Origin: Cenococcum geophilum
Taxonomy: Eukaryota
Assembly (NCBI GenBank): GCA_050273025.1
Contig: CP158635.1
Span: forward strand, 15,252,001 to 15,316,000
DNA: 64,000 bases
Direction: 5' to 3'
A model generated the notes under the pieces. That model was not told where the DNA came from. It did no database searches and saw only the letters and a list, made by a program, of their open reading frames with translations. Below are positions 37,300-50,194 of this stretch, piece by piece (position 1 is the stretch's first letter; each line of letters begins with the position of its first letter). The position numbers and the translations under genes were made by a program.

Positions 37300-39650
37300 C
37301 CTTAGAACTTGACTGTCCCCTAGTTAAACATCCTATACCTCCTGCGGAGCCTGCTACGGAGCCTACTACGGCGCCTGTTATAGGTCAATGGCTGACCTGG
37401 TCGAGCGTCCGTCTCTAAGACCGTCTCTAAGGATTAGACGATTTATTCTTCTTCCTAACTTTAGCTGTCTTATCCGTAGGCTGTGACCTAATCTGGATGT
37501 AATCTCCCGGTCGTATATTCCTCTCCTGCGGCTGTGCCTGCTGCTGTTCAACGGCTGTCCTGGTTGTACGGCTGTCTCTAAGGGTTAAGTAAGTCTGCGG
37601 ACGTTGCTGGCTGGGCGTTACTAAGTCCGTGGGCCGTACTTAATAGCAGTTCTCCCAGTTCGTCCATATTTCGTTACTATTCTATAATACTCCTCCGTTA
37701 TGGAAAGCAGTAAAATCCGTTCGTACTATTAGGGCCCATTACTGCGTCTATCCTTGTCCTTCCCTTTTCTAATTTATAGCTAGGTCTATTCCTTAGTACG
37801 TATAGAGCCAGTCCTTAATACCCTTTAGTTGTCCTTTATTGCCGAGCTATGGAAGTATAGGTCCAGGCCGATTACGCGTCCCCGCTACTAGCCTCCCTTA
37901 ATTAGACAGATGTACAAATCCTCGCTAAATAAGATCCTTTAAGCCTTAATATTTGTGCTCGGTGAAACGGTGACTTCCTCCGCATCTAAAACAGGTCTGC
38001 AGGCCTTGTCCTCGCTGACCCCGTGCGTCCTATTGCGGCCGTCTAAAGGCGGTAGAACCTTGCGGATATTAAGGGTCCTGCGGATATTGAGAGTCCTGCG
38101 GAGGTTGAGAATCTTGCGGGATAAAGGGAGCTCGGGCGCTATTCTGCTAGTCTTCGTGTCCTGGTGCTGGCTTATATCCTTGTGCTAGGCCTTGAACTGC
38201 AGCTTGATTTATGGTAGGCGACTGCTGCTGCACTAGGGCTCCTCCGTGTACACCTGGTCTAACTAGGTTAAGAAGTCTTCCTTTTCTTCTGCGACTAATC
38301 TCGTTCCTTTGCTGCCGTAGCTCTTATATAAGCTAGATATTTAGGGCGTCTTCTTCTAGAAGGACATCCATTCGCTTGGCGCCCTCTATAGCCATCATCC
38401 TTAACTTTATAGCCTCCTTTAGTCTTTCAAACATAAGGGTACTAGGCTCGTCTGCTACGGCCCCTGTCTTTTCTATTACGTGCTTACGGTATTTAATAGG
38501 AAGTCCTTGCACAAACCATCGCCCCTTCTCTTGCTTAGTAAGGTTTCCTGCGGCTACCGCTTTGGCTAAAATGGTAGTAAAGTCCTACACGTAATGACGT
38601 AAGTTGCCTGGCTATTCCGCAGATTTTTAAATAAAAGCTTCCACAAAGTCTCTTATCTCTATGCGTCGGTAGTAGTCCTCGGCTTAATATTTGGCTCGGA
38701 GTTTAGTCACTAGTTGGCTCCAGTCGTCCTGTTTGAATTCCGGCATTATCTAAATAGCTTCCGCGTACGTGTCCTCGCAATAGTTAGGGAGACACGCGAG
38801 CCTGCGGTCTTCGCCTACGTAGTACCTTTAACACATGCCCTCGTAGGCCTTAATAAACCTAGAGATGTTCTTTCCGTTAAACCGTGGAACCCCTTGCCTA
38901 AAAGGATCTGGTATTGCTACCGTTGGAACGAATACGTGGCGTACTTCCCTTGCTGCCTGAGGTGAGGGTGTCCTAGATGGCTGTCCTAGTGGTACTTTAG
39001 TACGTACATGCTACGGCTAGTCCACTTGTATATCTGCGTCCCTAACGGAAGGCACCTGCTTCTTAACGCCTGAGGGGGGGTCTCCCTAGGAGAGCACTGC
39101 CACCGAGTCTTGATGCGTTTGTCCGTTTCGGCCTGCTGTCGTTCTGTGTGGTAGGGTGCTGCTAAGCCTTACGCTTCTGTATATATCTACTTCTTAACGG
39201 AACGCCTCTTAAGCCGCCGCTGATATAATCCGGATGACTTGAAAGAAGATAAAGCTAAGCCAGAATAGGAAGCTTTTAAGGATAGACCCAATCTCGTATG
39301 CTTGCGACCTTACTCAGTATTGTGTCCTTTGTTCTTAAAGGGCAGTGCTGACTTCCTCTGCCGCCAGTTTCTATCTAATTAACTGGCTCTTGGCTACCTG
39401 TCGTCGTCTTTGTATCTTTAATAAAGCTCTGGCCATGCTTGTGCGCGCGCGGGTGGTGAGATATCGGGTAACTTTGACTGCCGGTCGACGTCGTCTGATT
39501 GGCTCGCTGGTTCGCTTGACGTCCTTTACGTAACTTTCCGAGACCTTTACCACCCCTTTTTGCCTTTCGTTGCCACTCTTTGGCCTATGCGTTGAGTCTA
39601 ATGTCCGTCTTTTCCGCTGTCTTTCTGTTTAGGGACTACCTGGTTCCCCT
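37300..39650 (-). pseudogene. gag-like ORF of LTR family B
   Basis: PDPF.QGVPRFNGKNIS.FI.AYEGMC motif, and a knuckle-like CFRCGGSHRFTEHK(C) near 37950-37995. RIP stops. Confidence 0.7.
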
Positions 39651-40100
39651 TGCTGTCCGATACTACCTGGTTCTCTGCTTCCGTCTCGTCTATCTGGCTG
39701 GTCGTTTTTCTACAGCTATCCGTTTCTCTACAGCTAGTTATTCTTCTGTAGTCGTAGTATATTCCTACGTGTCTCCTGTATATAGAGTTGTGTATAGAGT
39801 GCCAGACTTCTAATCCAAAGAGCTTGCCGTCGTCCCCACGTAGAATGCCATATGTGGTGGTGGACGCGGTCCCTCTTAGATTGGAAGTCACAATGCTGTC
39901 TGTCTGTCGGTCGGTCGGTCGTTAGTCGTAATCAATCAGTAGGAAAGCAGTCAGTAAGAAGAAAGGAAAGAATGTATTCCGGTAGGTCGTCGTGATGGAG
40001 AGAAGGAGAGAAGCCGAAGGCTTAATATATACAGGAAAATGCCAAGGCACTAAGTAGTGGCCCATTTTACCCCACCACACTACTATAAGGTTCCGTTATA

Positions 40101-42266
40101 ACCCTAGTATTATAAACCTTTCCGCTGCTTAACTACTGCTATTTAGCGCTAGCTGTAGTAATCTTCTTTATAACCTTATCTGACTTAACTCCTTAGTTAA
40201 TTCTGTTAACTTTAATATTAAACAGTTTACCCCTTTCCTAAAAATAGTTCTTAATCGCGAATCTAATAAGGACGTTTGGAGTAATACTATTGCCACCGTA
40301 ATAGAGTTTACGCCTCCTTTCTAACCGCTGCCATTCTATATTTAATAAACCCCACATTAACGTAATATAAGTAGCTTCGCCAACTTATCTAAATATAGGA
40401 AATATATAAATAATGTTCTAAAGGGGGAGCTAGGCCCTCTTTATATAGGAATTCCTAGCTTATATAAAGCATTCTTTAAGGAAGTAGAAGGTCTTAAAGA
40501 GGCAAACGCCGCCGTTTTTAAGAAATGCAAGGAAGGGGACAATCTACTATACACTAAGGACAGCTGGTGTAACTGGCTTAAAGGCGCGAAAAAACGTAGA
40601 GTCCTAAAGTAGTTTAATAAGCTAATTATATTATTTCTAGACTTTATAAAGGAGTATCGGTTCGTTTTAAAGGCACGATAAAGACTAGTAATATATACTT
40701 AGCAGCCTTTATAAGGATTTACGGCCGGCCAAAAGCTAGATATCGGCTTTGTAGATAATTTAATAGCCGGCGAAAGCTCTTAATATTATTAGTTGTATAT
40801 ACTTATACTAGGAGAGCTAAAGAGTAATCTAAATACTAATATAGCCTTAAAAGCATGGTTCAATTTAGGGAAATACGTAAGGGAAGTATTTACCGCTTAA
40901 GACAATCGTCGCTTTATTCTAAACTTTACCCTTTATAGATCTATTATGCGGTTATAGGAGTATAACTAGGTAAAAGGCGTTATATTATTACTATTTAATA
41001 TTAATAAAGAAGTATTATAATTTACCTTAGCAATGTTAGGATTTCTCTAAATAAATAAGGAGCAGCTTAGGTTTAACCCTACTATTTTAATATTAGACGG
41101 CAAACGGTATATTAAAATTGTATATAATAACCAGACTAAGCGTCTTACCCTTAATAAGCTTATAAAGTGGGTACGCTGTATTGCTAGTTAAGCAACTACT
41201 TACTAGAAAGTATACCGTAAAGGAACACCTAATATACCCCTTATTATTAAAAACTTATAGCAGTACCTAGAGTTGCGAAGGAGAAGGTAAACTACTATAT
41301 AAGATATTAGAGAAGAAAGTAGTTAACGTAGCCAGGTACTATTAGCATAAAACTATTCGCGTAAGTGAATAAGATAATAATATCTTTAATATCTATAAGG
41401 GGCTAGATATTATAAAAGTAATAAACTATAAGCTAGAAGGCTTAATAATGCCTTTAAGACTAGCTAAAGTGCAAGGAAGTATAAGAAAAGGTTAAAGTTT
41501 TAGCAGAAAGAGGTTTTCTAGCTATAGCGCCCTATTACCGTCCAGTAAGCGCCTATATTTAACCTCTTTAACTAAGCGCCCTATTATATAGAATCGCGTA
41601 TACTAATCTGTTATTACTAGTGACTATAAAAAGCCTCTTTATAAGGCAAGCTCTTCGGCTATAATACTTACTATACTAAAGGGTAGTTTTAAAGAATATA
41701 AGTCTTTATATATGTAGGCCGGCATTATCTAATATAATATTTTAATAGGAAACCTTATAATAAACGAGGAAGATAACAATTATTCTTAGCTAGTATTCTT
41801 AATTAACTTTAATCTCACAATTAAAGAGAAGTAAGAAGGACCTTTAGAAGTACGGGGTAAGACTAGTATAAGAGTGTTTATAGCTATAGGAGTGCTTCTA
41901 GGCGAGAAATACTCCTTTAGGTATAATCTAGAGTTGTTCTTCTAGGTGCTTTTTTAGATATGCGTACACTATAATGGGCTAGGTAAAGATATTAGTCTAA
42001 CTAAGTTTAAGCGTTAAAACTATAAGAATACTACTAAGTTAACTAAGTTAAAATTAGGGCTAGTAAATAGGGAAGGGTATTTTCTTAACCGTATAGCTAA
42101 GGCATTTATACCTTACTACCAGCTGCTAGTCCTATAGGTTAATAAGCTATAAAAGGTAGTTTTCCTAATAGATAGGAAATAGAAGAAGGAAGATAGGGGG
42201 CTTTATTCTTAGATAAAAGAAATTCTTTAGCAAGTATAGAAGTATTTAAAGGTGCTAGTAGAGTAG
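40101..42266 (+). pseudogene. FunK1 (Pkinase_fungal) kinase, main body, RIPped
   Basis: De-RIP KLDIGFV, H.LIPGELKSNP, YVREVF.AQDNRRF, GRATTCWKAY, DIS.GNLM, FLIDFDL, KTGTRVFMAIGVLLGEKHSFRHDLESFFWVLFWIC. Confidence 0.88.
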
Positions 42267-42559
42267 ATAGAATAACATTTTATTACCTTATACTCTTCTA
42301 CTATACGAGTTAAAGGTTTGTAGAGATTTGGGCGGCTAGGGCTCGGTAATAGCCTTGGTTAAAACGTATATAAAATAGTATAGAGTAAATAAACCTGGGA
42401 AAGCGGATAATCTAATCTTCCGCTAAATTATTAGGTCTCTATACCCTACTATCTTATATAGGCTTTATATTTCTATAAAATATAATCTACTCTCTAGCCT
42501 ATTAGAAGGCGCCTTTTGCTGCCTAAATAGAGGCTATAAAAGAATTAATTCCTTCCTTT

Positions 42560-43070
42560 AACTAATCCTCTACTTAAATAAGTCCCTTACTTAAATAAAT
42601 CCCCTATGGGAGCTAATGCCCACGTGTTTTGCCGCCCTATAGGAACTAGTCCCCTACTTTAATAAATTCCCTATAGGATTTAGTCCCTTACTCTAATAAA
42701 TCCCCTTTAGGCGCTAATACCTATATATTTTACCGCCCTATAGAAACCAATTCCCTATGGCTTATATTCCTATATAGCTTTTACTCCCTTATAGAAACTA
42801 GTAGCTACCTTTTCTACTTCCCTATAGAAACAAATCCCCTATAAATTCCGTTCCTATATATAGTAATAATATCTTCTACTACCCTATAAGAACCGTACCC
42901 TATAGCTTTTATTCCCATATAGCTTTTACTCCTCTATAGAAATTAGTAGCGATAATTTCTACTCCCTTACGGAAACCAATCTCTTATAGCTTTTAGTTCT
43001 TTATAGGAATTAATACTAACCTCTTCTATCCCTTTATAACTTTTAGTTCCTTATAGGAACTAATACCCTA
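42560..43070 (+). repeat. Degenerate low-complexity repeats (CCCTATAG(G/A)AACCAAT/CCCCTATG-like), possibly coding
   Basis: Recurrent PYGNQSP-like de-RIP peptide. Confidence 0.45.
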
Positions 43071-43469
43071 TAGCTCCTATTCTCCCATTCCTAAATTCGC
43101 CCGCGTTATAGCCTACTATATAGGCCTTATTATTATAGGAGTAAGGAAGTATATAGGTTTATATCCCGTATAGGAATGGGAGCTATTTACGCACTAGCTA
43201 CCCGCAATTAAGGTTTTAGGAGGGTAGTAGGTACTTTAAGTTATCTAGTTATATTTGTTGGAACCTAGGCCTATAACTAGGGGTTTAATATATAACTACC
43301 CGACTATATTTATATCTAAAATCGCAGCCGCCTAGAAGTTTTAAAAAGTGGGAAGTACTTAGTAGTAAGCGTTTAAATTGCCAACTTGGCCTAGACCCTT
43401 ATAGTTATAGTTAAACTTATTACCTAGTTATAGAACTATTTCTAGATACTAATAGGATAACGATTTTTT

Positions 43470-45849
43470 TTCCTTATACGCTAAGGTAAGGGCTGCTCCT
43501 ATGGCATTTTTAATCTGCGAAATATAAATAATTTAGCATAAAAATTCTTTACTAGAACTTTAGTATTCCTATCTATTAGCTATTAAGCTCCCGTTATGCT
43601 AATTCCTTAAGCTTTTTATAACTAAATCTTACCCTACTAGTAACTGCCTTTATTAGGAAACTGGCCTAAAGGCCCCGTCTCGTATTAGCGCCTAAGGGAG
43701 GGTATTTTATAGCTATACGTATTCTGCTTTATATTACGTCGTTAAAGTCTTTTATATAATTAGTAATAAGGATTATAATTCCTTTATAGTATTTAAGTTT
43801 CTATAGAAAAATTAAAGTTAGGTTATTGCCTATATAATTTAAATAATTGTTGCTTTATAAATACGTTAACTTTATTTAATAAAAGTATAGTATTTTAATA
43901 GCTGGCTAGCCGGAAAGTGTAAGAAAGCAAAAATTTAACCTCCTTTATATTAGTGGCTAGGTCCCCACTAAATAACTAGAAGAGTTAGGCAAGTAGTAGC
44001 AGTTTAAATAAGTAGGGTATACCGTGTAAAGCGGCTTTTATAGCTCTTTTAAAAGTCTTTTTATAGTTAAGGTCTTTCTAACTTTAGGAGGACTACTAAT
44101 ACTCTATATTAGTTTTCTCTAAGTATAAAGTAGAACGGAGCTCGTACTATAGTAGTATAATTAAACTACGTCCTTTACCTAGTATAAAATTATTAAACTA
44201 AGCCCTATTTGCGTAAGAAGCTATAAGAGCCTAAATAAGCTTCTTCCAGTCCTTTAGGATAGCAAGATTTTAAAAAAAGAGGGCATTTTACTTAATATTG
44301 CTAATATTGTTAACAGCAAACTCTACTATAGGATATTAAATTAGCTTTATAGTTTTTTTAGCTCGTAAATCTAGGAACTTATACTAGAGCTTATTATTAA
44401 GACTAAACCCTAATATAGTTAGGCTGTAAATAAGTAAGTTCTTATATTTTAACTTAGTAGGCTCCTTGCTATTACTCTTAACTTTATTAAGTTTTTTCTT
44501 AGCCGGTTCGCCAAAACAAATCGTCTAAATATTATTGGTTTGGTATTTTCGCTACTTATTAATGCTAGGTTTAGCGTAGTTTAGATTATTCCCTTAGAAA
44601 AGTACCGGGTTAACTATAACCTAACTATTAATAGACAATCTAAAGGGCTTTCCTTTCTCTATATAAAAGGCTTTGCCTTTATACTATTGGTGGTGCGTCC
44701 CTATTAATAAAATTAATTTATAACCGCTATTAGTAAGTTCTCGCTTCTCCTTCTTTATATTAGGGTGATATTTAAGGGGAAAATATACAAGGCTGTATAT
44801 TAGCTTCAATCCCTAAAACTTCTAAATGGCGGCTGCGGTTATAGCTTTACCAAATTTTTTACTATTAAAATCTAGATACTAACCTTAAATGCGGAAATAT
44901 TTATCTCCTTTATCGTCCTCTTTTACTTCGCCTAAGTTAAATCTCGTGCATCTATGCTTCTTAGTGCTATAGTATTTCCTATATACTAATTTATTCGACT
45001 TAAAAAGAGTCTAAAGTAGATTAAATGTAATTTCTCTGCTATCTTATAGCGATTTAAGGCGCTGTTTTATTAAGATATATGCATCCCTAATATAGTTCAC
45101 TAAGAGGTTAAAGTGGGTGCTGTTCTCTAGGGCTCCCTTATAAGCTTCTAGCTTAGAAAGGAAGTAGTATAATATATTCCACTCTATTTAGTCTTAAGTT
45201 AGCAGCCAATCTAGGGCCCAATAGATAGGGTTTTATACCGTAGGTTTGTCTTCCTTAAGGAAAGTTCTATTTACACCTTTTAGAACGGACCTAAGTATAT
45301 CCTATAGGCCTTTAGACTTAATATTAATAAGGTACATTATACGTTTAGTCTTCTTATCTATTATTTTACCATTAGTAATATAAATCTAGTAGCTATTTTC
45401 GTGCTTACTAATATATATAAATAACAATTATATATTCATTATATGCGTCTACCTTAGAAGGTACTATAAAGGATTTAACTATCTTATATTTTAAGGTTGT
45501 ATTATTCTAGCTATATACGGCAAATTAACTAGGGTTATACTTTCGGTTTAGTAGGGATATACATTTTATTAACTATTTTATACTCTACCTTTAAAGCTTA
45601 GGCTCTTGGTTTTTAATGTTAGAAACTGTCTATAGCTTAAGGCTTAGTAGCCTTAGGAGAGTTTATAGCGCTAGGTATTGCTTTTACTGCCTTTAATACG
45701 CCTTTAAGCAGCTCTATAAGGTAAAGTATAGTAACTAAGTCTAAGGGCGGTATAACTGGGCTAGAAAGAGGCGTTTATAGACTTTTATAGCTAGGAGGGG
45801 TATCTAGAGACACCTTATACGGCTTTATAGTCTTAGGCTAGTTTAACAT
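43470..45849 (-). pseudogene. AAA+ ATPase (fungal family with long N-terminal domain), RIPped
   Basis: De-RIP ITFDLLWTLFK, YLDFD.KKFG, FDDF.PGKGR.LI.LLH / GPP.VGKTLTAE (Walker A), ILLLDEVDVF (Walker B), FDDAIQSRI. Confidence 0.82.
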
Positions 45850-48800
45850 TATTGCTTTATAAAGCTTTGGTAACGTAGTGCTAAATTAAAGTATAAAATT
45901 GGTAATGAGCTAAGTGTATAGAGTAAGGAGCTAAGTGTAGAGAAAATTGGTAGTATTAATTCTTAAATAAGATCCGCCCTTTTTATACCTAGCGATGCGA
46001 TATACTATATAAATGCTTTCCCCTATTTATCCTAGGAGACGCTATGTTATATATATTAACATTAGTTCCGATATAGTAAAGGACCGAGTAAATATTATAC
46101 GATCTTGCCTTAACTATAGAAATAGAGCTAAGACCTATATTTAGGAGCTTAGCGGATCTTATACCACGGTTATATTCTTACCATCGCTGCGGAGGTATCG
46201 CGAGGGCTTATATACGGGATTCTTATTCTAACTATTAGAGTTATACCAAAACTAATATAACTGCATTGGTTTATATACGGTAGTAAAGGTAGATATTATA
46301 AATTAAGGGAAAGAGATACGTATATAGTATTAGATGCGCCTTTTAAACAAGAGAATATTTAAATAAGCCCCTATTAAATATAAGCGATATTACTAAGCCC
46401 TATACTGCCCCGCACTTTAAGCTATTAAATTAGGCCAAGGATTTTAGAGAGATATACGGGCAAAATAGAACAGGTAATAGAAATTATTGCATTAGAATAT
46501 AGCCGCGGTCAGTTTAAACTTAGGTTCCCGCTATATGGTCCAGTCCGGTCTAGTTGCATTTTTATTTTACCTTAGTCTTATTCTTTTTTTATCTTATCTA
46601 GTCCGCTTCTATTAGCTCCTATGCCATTTTAGCCTTATTCGTTCGTTTTTAATTCTGCTATATCCTTAAAGTCTATTAAATTAAATGACTGGTTAATCGA
46701 ATAACTTAAGAAAGAAAGAGCGGCATTTAATAACGATACGTACCCATTACTGTTATACTAAATTAATGCGTTTAGATCGTGTTATGATTTACTATAAGAG
46801 GATATAGTATCCCTAGCGGAGCGGTTAAAATAAAGTTATAGTAAGAGGCTATAAGCACGCACTTTTTTAACGGATATCTTCCTAGGCGTAGGACCTAAAG
46901 TGTTCCTATTATATATCTTAGCAATACCTATCTTAAAGTTATATAAAATAACGCTAAAGGGCCTCCTTCTAAAACTTTAAAGTTGGTGGAAGTCTGCCTC
47001 GCGCCTATAAGGACTAATAGCGGTTATAATAGAACTTTGTAAGGCTAATTTAATTAGCACCTTAATTTCCTTATCTTAGAAACGTTAGTTTTTAAAGATT
47101 ACTTTTACCACTAGTAGACAAACTCTTTTATCTTAAATAACTTTATTACTAATTCTTAATAGAGTAAGGCCTATTATAAAGCACATATACTCCTTTATTA
47201 GAGAGTTACTTACTAGGCCTTAATATAGATCTAGACCTAGGAATTACACCTACTTAGACTCTGCAAACTACGTATACCTAAGTTATATACTAAACACTAG
47301 GTATATATAACTCCTCCACTCTTAATAACTAATTATTTATTTGTAGTAGAGCAAGACTTAGCGTAAAAAGAAAGCGCTCTTATATTAGATATATAAAAGA
47401 CAAATTGTTTAAGAACCTCGTCCCCAAACTTTAATAATAGCGTATTTAAAGATAGATGCCTTATTAGATTCTTGTTCTAACGCTACGTTAGTTTTAAACC
47501 TTAAATTTATAGATTTATTTAGCTTCCTATAGTAATATAAGGCTAGCTACCCGAACTTATAAATAACATATCTGTATATTGGTGTGCCGTTACTATTTTA
47601 TTAACATTAACTTGGAACCGACTCTTAGATTAAGCGTAAAAGTGGAATTCTCTCTTTAATTAAGTGAGGCGTTACTTTAATATATGCTTGCTTTAAGAAC
47701 TATAGCGGTAAAAGTACTAGATAGAAGGACTACTAAATAGCCTATAAGTTTTACTAGGCCCTATAATAACGATAATAAAACTAGTACCCTTATTTAGACC
47801 TATAACTACGTTCCTTATTAGGTTACTAAAGACTCTAACAGCCTTACTAGCGCTATGTTTCTTAATAAGGATTATATAAACTAACGAGTCCACTATCTTA
47901 AAGTCTATGCTAATTGTCTTAGGGTTTATAACAAGATCTACTTTAAACTAGATAGTATTTAGCAAAAATATATTCCTATAAGCCCTATAATTATCTTACT
48001 AATTATATAGCCTTCTCCTTAAGCTTATAATTATCTTACGCGATATTATCTACCAGCGTTATTTAACTTGCCCTAGCTATAATTAGGGCCCTTATATAGT
48101 CTAGCGTAAGGCAGGATAATATATATTTAGAAAATAGTGCCCTATTATATAAAGGCCGTCTAAGATTAGATTAAGGTCTTTGTTAATAGTATACGAGATT
48201 TAATAAGGGGGTAGGTCTCTTAGCGCGCGCTTAGTAAAATCCTATGGTAATAATTTAAGGTAATAATTGCAAGGCTTAGTTAAGGGGAAGAAGCGTTTAT
48301 ACATAAAAATGCATCTTCTACTAAGGGGAGGGCTTGGTTGGGGGTATCCTCTAGGTAAAAGGAGGCGAGAACGTATATATGCTTACTAAAAGTACTGCCT
48401 ATAAAATAAGTAACTATATAATTGCTATAAGGATAAAAAGTTGCTTATATACAATTTACCTTAAAGTTTTAGAGGTATTATTAAGCTAATAAAATTTTAG
48501 AGAAAAGGGGCTATTTACGTAAAGCTAAAAAAGTTAAGTTAATTAAAATAAAGAGGGCCTATATACTATATAGCAAACTATAAAGTATACATAATATTTA
48601 AAAGAATATATAAGTAGAAGCGTATAGCACGAGAAGGCGAAATATGCCTTATTTAAAGTGATACTAGCTATAAACGTTAATACCCAACTTATATAATGGC
48701 TATCCCTTTAGCTTTTAGTGGAGTGGATATTATATACCTAATAGCTAAGGGTTAAGCGCCAGACTGTTAGATGCGGCTCACCCTAGCCTATAGTATTAGT

Positions 48801-49225
48801 GTTAGTTAATATAAGCAGCTCTTGCTTACCGACTGCAAATAATAGCTTTTACTTAGCCTTTTAACCTTTTTATAGATATTTGTGGCTAACTTTTATTTAA
48901 TAAGGCGAACTAGTAGGTAATAAGTGCCTATATATAGCTAGTTTAGGACTATCCTAATTACGATTTGGGTATTAAACACACTAAAGGTTAGGTTTAAGAT
49001 CGCTACCATAAACTTAATCCCTAAAAGGAGTCCAGTTAAAGAAAATAGAAAACCTAAAAAATTAATTATAGCTTTATCCCTAAAGATAGATAACTCCCCT
49101 AGATGGCTATACTTTAGTTATCTCCTACATTAAATCTATTCTTACTAGACCCTCTGCGCCTAATCGCCTTAATACTTCTCCTTATCTATAGTACTTCTAG
49201 GCTTATATAGAAACTCTTATACTAA

Positions 49226-50190
49226 TAAACTTACACCGCATATGCAACCTTACTAAAAGGTAGCGCTATACTCCAAAACTTACGCATACCCATCTTACCA
49301 TCAAAAACAATCAATCTTCCAACTTGTAAGACCTAATTCCTACTACCTAGTGACCTAGAGGTGGATTTATTTATCGTTTTACCCCCTTCTTCCTAATAGA
49401 AAAATTTCTCTCGGGGTGGTCCTAGCTTATAAGCGAGGTATAGATAGGAATACCAAAACTACAAAATAGGGGCTAGTTTTCTACTACCTTTTAGCCTAAT
49501 CTCCCCAGAAATCTTCTAGTAGGATTAGTAAGAAGAAAGGGTATAACGTACCCTACGGGCCAGTGGGCCCAGCAGGCCAGTAGGCCACTTTAAAAACTCA
49601 CCAAAAATTAGGAAATTAACACCTTAATATCTTAACAACCACTTAATAATAAATTCTAATATACTTTATAGCTTCTATTAAAGTTATATAGTAAATGGTT
49701 TAGTAGTTTTTAAGATATAGTAGTTTAGCCTTATTTTGGCCCCTAAAATTTAATATCTTAAAAACTACTAAACTATTTACTATATAACTTTAATAGAAGC
49801 TATAGAGTATATATAAAAGTCTAAATCTAAATTATTAGAATTTATTATTAAGTGGTTGTTAAGATATTAAGGTGTTAATTTCCTAATTTTTGGTGAGTTT
49901 TTAAAGTGGCCCACTGGCCTACTAGGCCTACTGGCCCATAGGGTACATTAAAGATAGTAATAACTAGGAACCCCCCTATAAGATATAAAATGCCAAGGCC
50001 TAATAGGTCTAAAAAAAACCTCCTATAGAAATAAGTAATAAAGATTCTACATCTACCTTTTCTCCCCCTTTTCCCTCTCCTGGCCCGTTTAGGATAGGAG
50101 AAAAAAGAGAATATCCTTAGTCTTCTCCTAAAAAAGAAAACCAAAAACCGGTAAAAAAAGATAATAAAACTAATAGCTATTACGGATAGT
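49226..50190 (+). mobile_element. Second, truncated copy of the LINE 5' UTR and ORF1 start
   Basis: Matches about 13360-14210 with internal deletions. Interrupted by a MITE and fused to Gypsy pol. Confidence 0.85.
49546..49948. mobile_element. Pogo/Fot1-type fold-back MITE
   Basis: TA|ACGTACCCTACGGGCCAG ... CTGGCCCATAGGGTACAT|TA. The empty site is visible in the first LINE copy near 13885. Confidence 0.9.
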
Positions 50191-50194
50191 ATAG

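Larger units (their letters stand above)
31501..40079 (-). mobile_element. LTR retrotransposon family B, gag only, inserted into the family A 3' LTR
   Basis: LTRs at 31501-31743 and 39853-40079. 4-bp TSD CTAC. PBS-like TGGCATTCTACGTGGGG and PPT-like GTGGGGGAGG on the minus strand. No RT or integrase motifs seen. Confidence 0.88.
23764..40100 (+). mobile_element. Full-length Gypsy/chromovirus, family A, with nested insertions in its 3' LTR
   Basis: 5' LTR 23764-24187. 3' LTR 31094-31500 plus 40084-40100. PPT AAAGAGGAGGGAGATAG. Flanks ACCCC / ACCCT form a 5-bp TSD with one C>T change. Confidence 0.93.

Noticed and set aside
1645..49225. Starship captain (DUF3435 tyrosine recombinase)
   Set aside because: No recognisable motif in the segments I translated by eye. 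Several RIPped stretches (12-13.3, 20.5-23.4 and 46-49.2 kb) remain unidentified.
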